A DNA stretch of 64,000 bases from Vicinamibacterales bacterium (lineage in GTDB: Bacteria; Acidobacteriota; Vicinamibacteria; Vicinamibacterales; UBA8438): positions 23,358 to 87,357 of the forward strand of contig CBDBMY010000006.1 of assembly GCA_965207675.1 (NCBI GenBank). Reading direction: 5' to 3'. Shown piece after piece: positions 1-10,100 of the stretch; within the stretch, counting starts at the first letter, position 1; each line of letters starts with the position of its first letter. A program made the position numbers and the translations under genes. The notes below the pieces were generated by a model. It made no database searches. It had not been told where the DNA came from and saw only the letters and a list, made by a program, of their open reading frames with translations.

Positions 1-1797
1 CAGGTTGATGCCCTCGCCGGCCGCGTCGGTGGCCAGCAGCACCCGCACCTCCGGGTCGTGCCGGAACGCCTCCTGCGCGGCCAGCCGCTCCTCGCGTCCG
101 ACGCCGCCGTGGATGACGACGACCGCCTGCTCGCGGCCGATCAGGGTGGTGATGCGCTCCTGCAGGTAGCGCAGCGTGTCGCGGTGCTCGGTGAAGAGCA
201 CCAGCTTCTGCCGCGGGGACGGCGACGGCGGCGGAATCTCGCCCGCGCCGTACGGGGCGGGCGCCTCCCCCACCCGCCCCGGCAACCCCGCCGCCGTGAA
301 GAGGGCGCCGAAGAGGCTCGCGAGCTCGCGCCACTTCGTGTCGCGCCCCGCGCGGCGCACGCCCAGCGCGAGCGCTTCCAGCCGCTTCAGCGTCTCGATC
401 TCGGCCTTCAGCTCAGCCATGGACCGCGCCGCCGTCGCCTGATCGAGGATGCGCGCCTCGGCGTCCTCGACCTCCTGCTCGGGCGCGTCGTCGAGGTCCT
501 CCACGTCGTCGGGGTCGAGCTCCAGCGCCGTGAACGCCCCGGCGGACGACGGGCGGCCGCCGCGCTGCTGCGCCTCCAGCTCGCCCAGGCGGCCCTCGAG
601 GCGCTCGCGCCGCCGCCGCAACGACCGGTAGATCGCCTCGGGCGACGACGCGAGCCGCCGTTGGAGGATTGTCAGCGCGAAGCCCACCGTGCCCGCCCGC
701 TTGGCGTTGGCCAGCGCGTCGGCCCGGTTGAACTCGTCGCGCACGTAGTCGGTGACCGCCGCGTAGAGCCGCGCCTCGTCATCGGACAGCGTGTAGGGGA
801 CCGTGTACGCGATCCGCTCCGGGAACAGCGCCTTGCCGTCGAACTTCAGCAGCCGTTCCTTGACCATGCGCCGCATGAGGTCCGACACATCCGCGGCGTG
901 GACGCCGTCCCGGAAGCGGCCCTCGAAGCGGTCGCCATCGAGCAGAGCGAGGAAGAGCTGGAAGTCCTCCTCCTTGCCGTTGTGCGGTGTCGCCGTCATC
1001 AGCAGGAGGTGGCGGGTCAGCCCCGACAGGAGCTTCGCCAGCCGGTAGCGCTTGGTGTACTTGACCTCGCCGCCGAAGAACGTCGCCGACAGCTTGTGCG
1101 CCTCGTCGCAGATCACGAGGTCCCACCCCGCGTCGGGCACCCGCAGCTTCCGCTGCACGTCCTCGTCGCGCGACAGCTTGTCGAGACGCGCGATGACGAG
1201 GTTCGTCTCGAGGAACCAGTTCCCGCTGTGCGCAGCTTCGAGCTTGTCGTTCGTCAGGATCTCGAAGGGAAGCTGGAACCGGCGGTACAGCTCGTCCTGC
1301 CACTGCTCGGCGAGGCTGCCGGGGCAGACGACGAGGCACCGCTCCAAGTCGCCGCGCGCGATCAGCTCCTTGATGAGGAGCCCCGCCATGATCGTCTTGC
1401 CCGCGCCGGGGTCGTCGGCCAGCAGGAAACGTAGCGGCTGCCGCGGCAGCAACGCCTCGTAGACCGCGGTGATCTGGTGCGGCAGCGGCTCGACCAGCGA
1501 GGTGTGGACGGCGAGGACCGGGTCGAAGAGGTGAGCCAGGCGGATGCGCTGCGCCTCGGACACCAGTCGGAACAGGGCCCCGTCGCCGTCGAAGCCCCAC
1601 GGTCGGCCCGCGGCGACCAGTTCCAGCCGGTCTTCGTCGTACCGGTAAAGCAGCTCGTTGGCGACGGTACCGTCCGGCGTCTTGTAGGTCAGTTCGACCG
1701 CGTCCGAGCCGAACCACTGCACGCTGACCACCGTCACCACGGCGTCAGGATGCACGCCCCGGACGGAGCAGCGCGGCTGCAGGTCCTCAAGTCGCAT
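1..1797 (-). CDS. SNF2/DEAD-like superfamily 2 helicase, N-terminal 599 codons; the 3' end continues beyond the left window edge
   Basis: Absent from the ORF track because it is open at the window edge. My own reverse-strand translation from the ATG (top base 1797) gives MRLEDLQPRCSVRGVHPD... Motifs seen: motif I LLADDPGAGKTIMAG, DEAH box DLVICDEAHKL, motif III LLLMTATPHNG, and a helicase C-terminal block QKLVLFTEHRDT...VLLATDAAGEGINL at nt 1-220. Track ORFs 58..1434(+) and 779..1717(-) are shadow frames of it. Confidence 0.85.
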   Translation of the reverse strand, partial: MRLEDLQPRCSVRGVHPDAVVTVVSVQWFGSDAVELTYKTPDGTVANELLYRYDEDRLELVAAGRPWGFDGDGALFRLVSEAQRIRLAHLFDPVLAVHTSLVEPLPHQITAVYEALLPRQPLRFLLADDPGAGKTIMAGLLIKELIARGDLERCLVVCPGSLAEQWQDELYRRFQLPFEILTNDKLEAAHSGNWFLETNLVIARLDKLSRDEDVQRKLRVPDAGWDLVICDEAHKLSATFFGGEVKYTKRYRLAKLLSGLTRHLLLMTATPHNGKEEDFQLFLALLDGDRFEGRFRDGVHAADVSDLMRRMVKERLLKFDGKALFPERIAYTVPYTLSDDEARLYAAVTDYVRDEFNRADALANAKRAGTVGFALTILQRRLASSPEAIYRSLRRRRERLEGRLGELEAQQRGGRPSSAGAFTALELDPDDVEDLDDAPEQEVEDAEARILDQATAARSMAELKAEIETLKRLEALALGVRRAGRDTKWRELASLFGALFTAAGLPGRVGEAPAPYGAGEIPPPSPSPRQKLVLFTEHRDTLRYLQERITTLIGREQAVVVIHGGVGREERLAAQEAFRHDPEVRVLLATDAAGEGINL

Positions 1798-2033
1798 GCC
1801 TCAACCGTCGAGCGCCCCGGTCACGCCGCCGAATTGGCTATCCGGCTCCCGGCGATTCGCAGCGTGGATTCCAACAGGTGAGAGCGAAGCTGAAGTGCCT
1901 ACGGAATACACGGTGAATTGATGACGGTCTGGCCATGGATCGGGAACGGTTCCCGAATCCGACAACGGGAACCGTTCCACGACCTCAAGCTGGAACGCGA
2001 TGCCGGTCGCGTCCGACACCGCCAGACAGGGGT

Positions 2034-3737
2034 TCAAGGCAAAGCAAACACGAACAGCGCGTTGCCCTGCCGTGGGTTCCGCATCTCCCGCAGCAGGTCG
2101 GCGGGCAGGATGCTCGTCCAGCTCGATCCGCCGAGGGGGCCGCCGGCGCTGAACGCGATGTACTGCTTGCCGTCGACCGCGTAGGTGATCGGGTAGCCGT
2201 TGGACATGGTGGTCAGCCGGGTCTGCCAGAGCTGCTCGCCGCTAGCGGCGTCGTAGGCGAAGACGTAGCGCTCCCAGTCGCCGACGAAGACGAGGCCGCC
2301 GGCGGTGGTGAGAGCCGCGGTGTTGTAGGGGGCGCGGCGGCGGTGCTTCCAGAGGGTCTCGCCGGTGCGGATGTCGAGGGCCTGGAACTCGCCCATCTGG
2401 TCGGGCGCGTCGGGGTGGAAATGGTTCAGCCGGCCGCGCACGCCGCCGGTGCCCCCGCCGCCGAGCCGGCGCTCGACGGGGCCGAACGCGGCGGTCTCGC
2501 AGTTGAGGTTGAGGGGGATGTAGAGCGCCGTCGTGTCGGGGTGGTAGGCCATCGCCCGGAGGCTCTTGAAGCCGCCGGTGCTCGGGCAGAAGAAGAGCTC
2601 CTCGCCCACGCCGGAGACCATGCCCTCGCGGTAGGTGAACTCGCCCGTCTCGGGGTCGACGTCGGCCAGGTTCTGGTAGCCGAGGTCGACGGCGCTGGTG
2701 AACGCCCCGCTCGCCCGGTCGAGCTCCCAGAGGATGGCGAGCTTGCCCATGCTGAAGACCGACTGCTTGCCGTCGTAGTCGATGAGGATGCGCTCGAACG
2801 TCTCGTCCATGTCGTGGCTGTCGCCGGGGATGTGCTGGAAGTACCACGCCATCTCGCCGGTGGCGGGGTCGAGGGCGAGGGTCGAGTTGCTGTAGAGGGC
2901 GTCGCCGTCGGTGCCGCGGGCGTCGCGCGACCACGGCTTGGCCTGGGCCGTCCCGTAGAAGACGAGGCCCGTCGCGGGGTCGTAGCTGCCGGGGATCCAC
3001 GCGTCGCTGCCGGCGCGGAAGAGCAGGGGCAGGTCGCCCCAGGTGTCGCCGCCGCGCTCGCCGGGCCGGGCGATGGTCGACGTGCGCCAGAGGGCCTGGC
3101 CGGTGCGGGCGTCGAGGCCGACGATGTAACAGGTGTCCTCGCGGAACCGCTCGCAGCCCCGCAGGCCGGCCACGACGACACCGTTCGCGATGACCGGGCC
3201 GCTCGAGAAGCCGTAGCCGTCCTCCTCGGGGATGACCGGCGTCTCCCAGCGCACGTCGCCGGTGCGGGCGTCGAGCCCGACGACGTGGGCGTCGACGGTG
3301 TTCAGGATGATGAGATCCTCGTAGATCGCGAGGCTGCGCATCTGGGCGGCGGGCCGGCGCGCCTCCTCCATCTCGCGCCGGTACTCCCAGATGAAGTCGC
3401 CGCTGCCGGCGTCGAGCGCCTGCACGACGTTGCCGGGGTTGGCGAGGTAGAGGATGCCGTCGTGCACGAGGGGCGTCGTCTGCGAGACGCCGGGCTCCAT
3501 GCCCCACGACCACGCGAGCCGCAGCTCGCCGACGTTGCCGCGGTCGATCTCGTCGAGGGGGCTGTAGCCCCACCCGTCGAGGGTGCGCCGCCAGCTCAGC
3601 CAGTCGGCGGGATCGGGGTCCTGGAGGACCGCGTCGGTGACCGGCGTCAGCTCCTCGATCTGCGCGTGCGACGCCCCCACCGCACCGAACATCACCACGA
3701 CGCTTGCGCATGCAACGAACCAGGCACGAACTGTCAT
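2034..3737 (-). CDS. secreted PQQ-type beta-propeller (quinoprotein) dehydrogenase
   Basis: Track ORF 2034..4031(-). I moved the start to an internal ATG, which gives the signal peptide MTVRAWFVACASVVVMFGAVGASHAQ and has a GAGGAGG Shine-Dalgarno just upstream. Repeated propeller-blade motifs are present (VVGLDARTGDVRWE, IVGLDARTGQALW, ALDIRTGETLWKH, VFAYDAASGEQLWQ). Confidence 0.8.
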   Translation of the reverse strand: MTVRAWFVACASVVVMFGAVGASHAQIEELTPVTDAVLQDPDPADWLSWRRTLDGWGYSPLDEIDRGNVGELRLAWSWGMEPGVSQTTPLVHDGILYLANPGNVVQALDAGSGDFIWEYRREMEEARRPAAQMRSLAIYEDLIILNTVDAHVVGLDARTGDVRWETPVIPEEDGYGFSSGPVIANGVVVAGLRGCERFREDTCYIVGLDARTGQALWRTSTIARPGERGGDTWGDLPLLFRAGSDAWIPGSYDPATGLVFYGTAQAKPWSRDARGTDGDALYSNSTLALDPATGEMAWYFQHIPGDSHDMDETFERILIDYDGKQSVFSMGKLAILWELDRASGAFTSAVDLGYQNLADVDPETGEFTYREGMVSGVGEELFFCPSTGGFKSLRAMAYHPDTTALYIPLNLNCETAAFGPVERRLGGGGTGGVRGRLNHFHPDAPDQMGEFQALDIRTGETLWKHRRRAPYNTAALTTAGGLVFVGDWERYVFAYDAASGEQLWQTRLTTMSNGYPITYAVDGKQYIAFSAGGPLGGSSWTSILPADLLREMRNPRQGNALFVFALP

Positions 3738-3990
3738 CCCGAACCTCCTCACGTCTTCCCAACACGGGGCGGCGCCATGGGAGGGCGCCGCCCCGTGCAG
3801 AATCTGTCGAGCGGGCGTCACTGCCGGGGCGGCAGAAGCCGGGCCACCTGCGACAAAGACCCCGCAGCTCTGGGCGCCTACGCCGCCCACCAAGGACCGT
3901 GGACCCATCGAGGCGGTTCCGTCAAGGTTCCCACCGTCACATCCCCCGCAACGAAACCGCCCGCGAGCGCCCCGCGCGGTTCGGCACGCC

Positions 3991-4070
3991 TGGCCCGCCC
4001 ATCGTCGCCCCCGGCTCCACCGGGCGCACAACCAATCCCTCAGGGGTCCGCGCCGTTCTACTGCGCAGAC
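3991..4070. repeat. single copy of the dispersed intergenic element (family B: ..ggcccgcc(c/a)atcgtcgcc..ggcgc(c/a)caaccaa.. plus a terminal hairpin)
   Basis: Direct comparison with the units at 33277-33525 and 35071-35198. It lies between the lactonase stop codon and the PQQ dehydrogenase start. Confidence 0.7.
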
Positions 4071-4073
4071 TCG

Positions 4074-5141
4074 CTACGCGATCCCCGCGCCGCGCACGCC
4101 CACGTACACCGAGAAGAGCGACTGGCTGGCCGTCATGAACAGCCGGTTGCGCTTCGCCCCGCCGAAGCAGACGTTGGCGCAGACCTCTGGCAGCCGGATG
4201 ACCCCGATGGTGTCGCCGTCGGGGGCCACGATCTGCACGCCGGGCCGCGCGCCGGCCCAGATGTTGCCGTCGACGTCGCAGCGCATGCCGTCGGCGCCCG
4301 ATATCGTGTCCGGGTCGCCGGGCATGGTGAGCTGCACGTGCCGCCGGCCGTTCCGGAGGCGGGTTCCGTCGACGTCCCAGACCCGGATCTCGCGCCCGCT
4401 GCCGGTGTCGGCCACGTAGAGCCGATCGTAGTCCGGCGAGAAGCAGATCCCGTTGGGCGCGCCGATGTCGTCGGTGACCCGCGCGATCGCGCCGGTCTGC
4501 CCGTCCACCCGGTAGACCGAGAGGGGCAGCTCGGCCTCGGCCCGGAAGCCCTCGTAGTCGCCGCGCACGCCGTACGGCGGGTCGGTGAACCAGATGCTGC
4601 GGTCGGGGTGCACCACGACGTCGTTGGGCGAGTTCAGCGGGGTCCCCTCGTAGCGGTCGGCGATGACCGTCACCTCGCCCGACTGCTCGTAGCGGACGAC
4701 GCGGCGCCCGCCGTGCTCGCAGGAGAGCTGCCGCCCCTCGTGGTCGAACGTGTTGCCGTTGCTGTAGCCCGACGGGTTGCGGAACTCGGTGACCCGGCCA
4801 TCGTCCTCGATCCAGCGCATCTGGCGGTTGTTGGGGATGTCGCTCCACACGAGGTAGCGGCCCACGCCATTCCAGGCCGGCCCCTCCGCCCAGAGGGTGC
4901 CGGTGTAGTGGCGGCGGATCGGGGTATTGAACAGGATGTAGCGGCGGAACCGGGGGTCGAGGGCGATGATGTCGGGGTCGGGATAGCGGAGCGGCGTGTT
5001 CCCCGACCAGTCGCGCGGCCGGTAGGGCGGAATCTCCGGCTGCTGCCGGGCCAGCAGCGGCACGGCGGCGCCGGCCGCCCCCACGGCCCCGGCGGCGAAC
5101 GCGGACAGAAACGTGCGGCGGTCTACGGATCGTCGGTTCAT
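4074..5141 (-). CDS. SMP-30/gluconolactonase/LRE-family lactonase with a Tat signal
   Basis: Track ORF 4074..5183(-). Start set at MNRRSVDRRTFLSAFAAGAVGAAG (twin-arginine motif, GAGGTG upstream). Family blocks seen: LWAEGPAWNGVGRYLVWSDIPNN, NSPNDVVVHPDRSIWFTDP, APNGICFSPDYDRLYVADT. Confidence 0.85.
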   Translation of the reverse strand: MNRRSVDRRTFLSAFAAGAVGAAGAAVPLLARQQPEIPPYRPRDWSGNTPLRYPDPDIIALDPRFRRYILFNTPIRRHYTGTLWAEGPAWNGVGRYLVWSDIPNNRQMRWIEDDGRVTEFRNPSGYSNGNTFDHEGRQLSCEHGGRRVVRYEQSGEVTVIADRYEGTPLNSPNDVVVHPDRSIWFTDPPYGVRGDYEGFRAEAELPLSVYRVDGQTGAIARVTDDIGAPNGICFSPDYDRLYVADTGSGREIRVWDVDGTRLRNGRRHVQLTMPGDPDTISGADGMRCDVDGNIWAGARPGVQIVAPDGDTIGVIRLPEVCANVCFGGAKRNRLFMTASQSLFSVYVGVRGAGIA

Positions 5142-5143
5142 GG

Positions 5144-5505
5144 TCACCTCAGTCACACTCTCGAAACGTGGGCCGGCGCGCAAGGAGCTTCGCGCCAGCG
5201 AAACTCCCGACGACCGAAGGTCACGCGCTCACCTCAGTCACACTCTCGAAACATGGGGCCGGCGCGCCAGGAGTCTCGCACCAGCGAAGACTCCCAAAGC
5301 GACCGCAAGGTCGCCCGGTCACACCTCAGTCACGCTCTCGAACACTGGTAGCCGGCGCGCCAGGAGTTGCGCGCCAGCGAAAACTCCCGAGCGACCGCAA
5401 GGTCGCCCGGTCACACCTCAGTCACGCTCTCGAACACCGGCAGCCGGCGCGCCAGGAGTTTCGCGCCAGCGAAACTCCCAACGCGACCGAAGGTCGCGCG
5501 GTCGC
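5144..5505. repeat. four tandem copies of an 85-92 bp structured intergenic element (family A)
   Basis: Units start at about 5144, 5229, 5319 and 5411 (tcac(ac)ctcagtcac(a/g)ctctcgaa...). Each unit contains a 9-bp hairpin ggag(t/c)ttcg-cgccag-cgaaactcc and a second hairpin gcgacc-(gcaa/gaa)-ggtcgc. The array fills the whole gap between the CMD-family stop and the lactonase start. Confidence 0.85.
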
Positions 5506-5510
5506 AGCCG

Positions 5511-6755
5511 TCACCTCGTCAATTCGGCGAGGGCGGCGACGGCCTCGGCCGGGAACAGCTCGTCGGTCTCCTGCGGCTGCACGCCCAGGGCGTTCAGCGA
5601 CATCGACACGAGGCGGTAGTTGGCCACCGTCATCACCACGCTCATCATCTCGCGGGTGTCGTACCGCGACGCCAGCGCGTCCCAGGTGTCGTCGGAAATG
5701 ATACCGTCCCGGTAGATCTCGTCGGCGGCCCGCACGTGGGCCTGCTCGAACGGGTCCCACCCGGCGTCCCGCCCCAACGCGATCCGCTCCGGCTCGAGGC
5801 CGTGGTCGCGGGCGCGGCCCACGCTGCCCACGTGCTTCGCCCACTCGTAGACGGCCTGGCAGTTCCAGCCGATGCGCAGGATCAGCAGCTCGCGGTAGTA
5901 CGGGGTCAGCGGCGAGACGCGGTTCACGTAGCCGGACTGGCCGCTGCGCGCGGTCTGCATCCGGGGATGGCGCCCGAAGGTGCGGCCCACCCGGATGCCC
6001 GGCCCCTCGAGGGGCGCCACCCGCGGCTCGCGGAGGGGCGGCTCGGGGTCGGCGACGTCGAGCCGGTAGGGCACGTCGGCCGGCCAGCGGGCGAGGGCGT
6101 CGGCGTCGGGCTGGACGCCGAACGAGTTGAGCAGCATCGCCAGCAGGGTGGTCTGGTTGACGGTCATCACCGCGTCGACGAGCTCGAGCAGGTCGTAGCG
6201 CTCGTCGAGGGCGGCCCACACCGCGTCGCGGACCGACGAGTTGCGGTACAGCTCGTCGGCCAGTCGCAGCAGAGCGGCCTCGAAAGGCGACCACCCCGGC
6301 GCGGCCGGTCCCTCCGCGATCCGGCCCACCTCGTCGGCCGTGAGCCCGACGAGGCGGGCCGTCGGCGCATGGTCGGCCCACAGATGGCGGTTCTGCGTGA
6401 GCCACGCCGTGCGCAGGATCAGCAGCTCGCGGTGGCGGGCGGGAATCGTCGTCTCGCGGGTGACGTAGATGCGGAACGGCATCACCGCGTCGACGAGCTC
6501 GGGCACGTGCAGCAGGGTCCGGAAGGCGTTGCCGATGCGCACCTCGGGGGCCCAGCGGTCCACCCGGGCGCGGTGCTCGTCCGTCCACTGCGACTCCGGC
6601 AGCGGGGCGATGCGCGGCTCGGAAAGGCGAACCGCCTCGGTGGTTCCCGGGGGGCCCGGCCGGAGCTGCGCCGTTGCGGGCGCGGCGGCGAGCACGGCGG
6701 TACCGGCGAGAGCAAGGAAGACGGCGACCCGGAGGGACGAAGCGGCTGCGGTCAT
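5511..6755 (-). CDS. carboxymuconolactone decarboxylase (AhpD-like) family protein, two tandem CMD domains, secreted
   Basis: Track ORF 5511..6806(-). Start set at MTAAASSLRVAVFLALAGTAVLAAAPATAQ. The CMD-type block occurs twice: RELLILRTAWLTQNRHLWADH and RELLILRIGWNCQAVYEWAKH. Confidence 0.7.
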   Translation of the reverse strand: MTAAASSLRVAVFLALAGTAVLAAAPATAQLRPGPPGTTEAVRLSEPRIAPLPESQWTDEHRARVDRWAPEVRIGNAFRTLLHVPELVDAVMPFRIYVTRETTIPARHRELLILRTAWLTQNRHLWADHAPTARLVGLTADEVGRIAEGPAAPGWSPFEAALLRLADELYRNSSVRDAVWAALDERYDLLELVDAVMTVNQTTLLAMLLNSFGVQPDADALARWPADVPYRLDVADPEPPLREPRVAPLEGPGIRVGRTFGRHPRMQTARSGQSGYVNRVSPLTPYYRELLILRIGWNCQAVYEWAKHVGSVGRARDHGLEPERIALGRDAGWDPFEQAHVRAADEIYRDGIISDDTWDALASRYDTREMMSVVMTVANYRLVSMSLNALGVQPQETDELFPAEAVAALAELTR

Positions 6756-7111
6756 CAGGGCGTCCTTTCGTGGGAGCGCGAACGCGGTCGCGCACGATCC
6801 GAACATGCTAACAGCCCCCGGCGCAAGCCTCGATGCGCTCGACCGGCGATGCGCCCCGGAAACCGGCCTCGGCGCCGGCCGGGGAGCTCACCACGGGCAG
6901 CGGCCCTCGCGGCGGGTTGTCGCCATCGGAATCGGGCCGCCCCCTTCAGGCTCGCCTCACGATGGAATCAATCCCCCTTCAGGCTCACTTCTCATTGGAA
7001 GACGGATGGTCGCGGCCAAACCGATGGACTACCATAGCTTGTTTGTCGTCACGTTCGAAGGCCTCGCAGTCCGACCCGCAGTCCGACAACTTCAATGACT
7101 CGCGAACTTCA

Positions 7112-10100
7112 ATGACTCGCGCCGCACGCGCTCTCGCCGCCTGTCTCCTGCTGCTGCCGGCCACCGCCGGCGTCCGCGCGCAGGAACCGCCGCCGCTCCC
7201 AGGCTCCGATCCGATCGCGGTGCTCCCGTTCACCAACCTCTCGCCGGACCCGGAGGACGCCTGGCTGGGCGACGGGATCGCCGAGACCCTCACGGCCGAG
7301 CTGGCGGCGCGAGGCCTGACGGTCGTCGGCCCCGGCGGGCTTCCCATCGCGATCACCGGCGGGGCGGTGGGCGCCGAGGACGCCGGCGGAGGCTTCGGGC
7401 GGCTGCACCGCCGGCTCGGCGCCCGCCGGGCGGTCACCGGCAGCTACCAGCAAATCGGCCAACGGCTCCGCATCAACGCCCGGATAGTCGACCTGCCCTC
7501 GGCCGTCGTCATCCACGCGGTCAGGACCGACGGCGACCGCCACGAGATCTTCGCACTGCAGGACCGCATCGCCGGCGAGCTCGCGGCAGGGCTGTCGGCG
7601 GGCCGGTTCACGGCCCGGAAGCTCCCGGCGGCGCCGCCTTCGCGTTCCGACCTGAGCACGGAGAGCGCCCCGGCCCCGCGCCTCGGGAACCCGCCCCCCG
7701 CGATTCCTCCTCGCGTCGACCCCGCAGCCGCAGAGGACCCCGCTCGTCCCGGCGGCCTGGCCACGGGCGACCGTCTACAGGGTCGCCCCGTCGAATCGGC
7801 CGCCGCCCTCTCACCCGCCCCCTTGACGCCGCGGGGGCCGGCAAGCGCCGCGGCCGGCGCGGGTGGAACCGCCGGGCTCGAGCCGTTCGCGGCCCCCCGG
7901 CGCCGGCGGCCGACGGAGTCGGCGCCGTTCTCGGCCGCGGGCGAGACCGCCCGCGCAGAGCCCGGCCGGGTCGGCGGCGGAATCCCGGGTTCGGCCGCGG
8001 AGGGCATCAGCGCCCCGAACCCGGCCGGCGGGGTCGCCGGGCTCGGCATCGCCAGCGCCGCCGGCATTCTCACGGGCCGCCCCAGCGTGCGCCCCGCACG
8101 CACGGCCACCGCCCCCCGCATCGACGGGACCCTCGACGACCCTTTGTGGGAACGGGCCACCCGCATCACCGATTTCGTGCAGCAGCGCCCCCTCGACGGC
8201 GCCCCCGCCACCGAGGACACCGAGGTCTACGTCGCCTACGACAACGACAACCTCTACTTCGGCGTCCACGCGCACTACTCCGACCCCGCGCTGATCCGCG
8301 CCAACCGGGCCGACCGCGACCAGACGTTCATCGACGACACGGTGGCCGTCTACTTCGACCCGTTCCTCGATCAGCAGCGCGCCTACGTCTTCTCGGTGAA
8401 CGGCTACGGGGTGCAGGCCGACTCCCTGCTCGAGTCGAGCGCGGAGCGCATGCCCGGCGGCGGGGGCGGCGGAGGCGGGGGCGGCGGACGGCCGGGCGGC
8501 GGGGGCCGGTCGCCGGGCAGCGGGCGCGGGGGCATGAGCGCGGCCCTCGCCGCGTCGCTGGGGGCGCCCCCCACCGGCGACCTCTCGTGGGACGCCCTCT
8601 TCGAGTCGGGAGCGAGGCTGGTCGACGACGGCTGGACGGCGGAGATGGCGATCCCGTTCAAGAGCCTGCGCTATCCGGAGCGGCGGGCGGGCGAGCCCCA
8701 TCGGTGGGGCTTCCAGATCGTGCGGACGATCTTCGGCAAGGACGAGGCCGACGTGTGGTCCCCGGTCTCCCGCGGGGTGGCCGGCTTCCTGACCCAGATG
8801 GGGCTGCTCGACGGGCTCACGAACCTGTCCACGAGCCGCAACCTCGAGATCCTGCCGACGGTCACCGCGATCCGCATCGGGTCGCTCGACACCGCGACCG
8901 GGGCGTTCGAGGAGGAAGACCGGCCCGAGGGCGCCGTGAACGTGAAGTACGGGGTCACCCCGAACCTGACCGCGGACTTCACCTACAACCCCGACTTCTC
9001 GCAGATCGAGTCGGACACCCCGCAGATCGAGGTCAACCAGCGGTTCCCGCTCTTCTATCCGGAGCTGCGCCCCTTCTTCCTCGAGGGCCAGGAGGTCTTC
9101 ACGGTGCCCGGGCAGGTCAACCTGCTGCACACGCGGACCATCATCGATCCGCGGTACGGCAGCAAGCTCACCGGCAAGGTCGGCAACACCACCCTCGGCG
9201 TGCTGGTCGCCAACGACGAGGCGCCCGGCAAGCGGGACGACCCCGCCCACCGCGCCTTCGGCAAGACGTCCCAGGTGTTCGCGGGGCGGGCCCGCTACGA
9301 CCTCTACGCGGAGTCGTCGGTCGGGGTGATGGCGACCGGCCGCGAGTTCCTCGACGCCTACAGCCGGGTCGCGGCCGTCGACGGCCGCTTCCGCCTCGGC
9401 CGCACGTCGTCGCTGACGATGCTCTACGCGGGGTCGCAGCACCGTGACGAGGAGGGGGCGGAGCGCACGGGGCCGACCGCCCACGTCGCCTACAACCGGC
9501 AGGGGCGCAACCTCAGCTACGGGGCGTCGTTCGACAGCGTCGACCCGAACTTCCGGACCGACACCGGGTTCGTGCAGCGGGTGGACACGCGGACCGCCCG
9601 GGCCAACGCCGGCTACCAGTGGTGGCCCGACAACCTCGTCATCAACTGGGGCCCCTTCGCCAGCTACGGCCGCATCTACGACTTCGGGGGCATACTGCAG
9701 GACGAGCAGTCCGGCCTTGGCGTGCGGGCCACCCTCGCCAACGGCATCATCACCGTCGCCAACGTGAACCGCGACCTGGAGCGCTACGGCGGCATCGACT
9801 TCCACAAGACGTCGGCGTTCATCGGCGGCGGGGCCAGCGCCAGCCGCAAGGTCTCCTTCGGGGGGTTCCTCAACTGGGGCGACCAGATCCGCTACCACGA
9901 GACCGACCCGTTCCTGGGCCGGTCCGTCAACACCACGGTGTTCGCCAACCTGCGCCCCACGAGCCGGCTCAGCGCCGACCTGACCCTCATCACCAGCCGC
10001 CTGCACGACCCGATGACCGAGGAGCTGGTCTTCGACGTCAAGATTCTGCGCACGTTCACGACCTACCAGCTCACCAACCGCCTCGCCCTCCGCAACATCA

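Noticed and set aside
58-1434. 458-aa + strand ORF (and 779..1717 on the - strand) at the left edge
   Set aside because: The composition is Arg/Leu/Ala/Pro-rich and low-complexity. It lies exactly antisense to, or out of frame with, a reverse-strand frame that carries clear SNF2 helicase motifs. It is a shadow ORF typical of high-GC DNA.
1945-1985. Inverted pair of GGGAAC(G/C)GTTCC palindromes as a terminator between the PQQ dehydrogenase and the helicase
   Set aside because: The hairpin (12-bp stem) is real, but no U-tract follows on the transcribed strand. Its function as terminator or operator is undecidable from sequence alone, so it is not listed as a feature.
1935-5351. 1138-aa + strand ORF spanning three minus-strand genes
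   Set aside because: It has no recognisable motifs and extreme Ala/Gly/Arg/Val content, and it overlaps the well-supported PQQ dehydrogenase and lactonase genes. It is a shadow frame.
5144-5505. Possible CRISPR array or rRNA/ncRNA gene
   Set aside because: The 85-92 bp units are contiguous with no unique spacers, and related modules occur in other intergenic gaps. They behave like REP/MITE-type elements.
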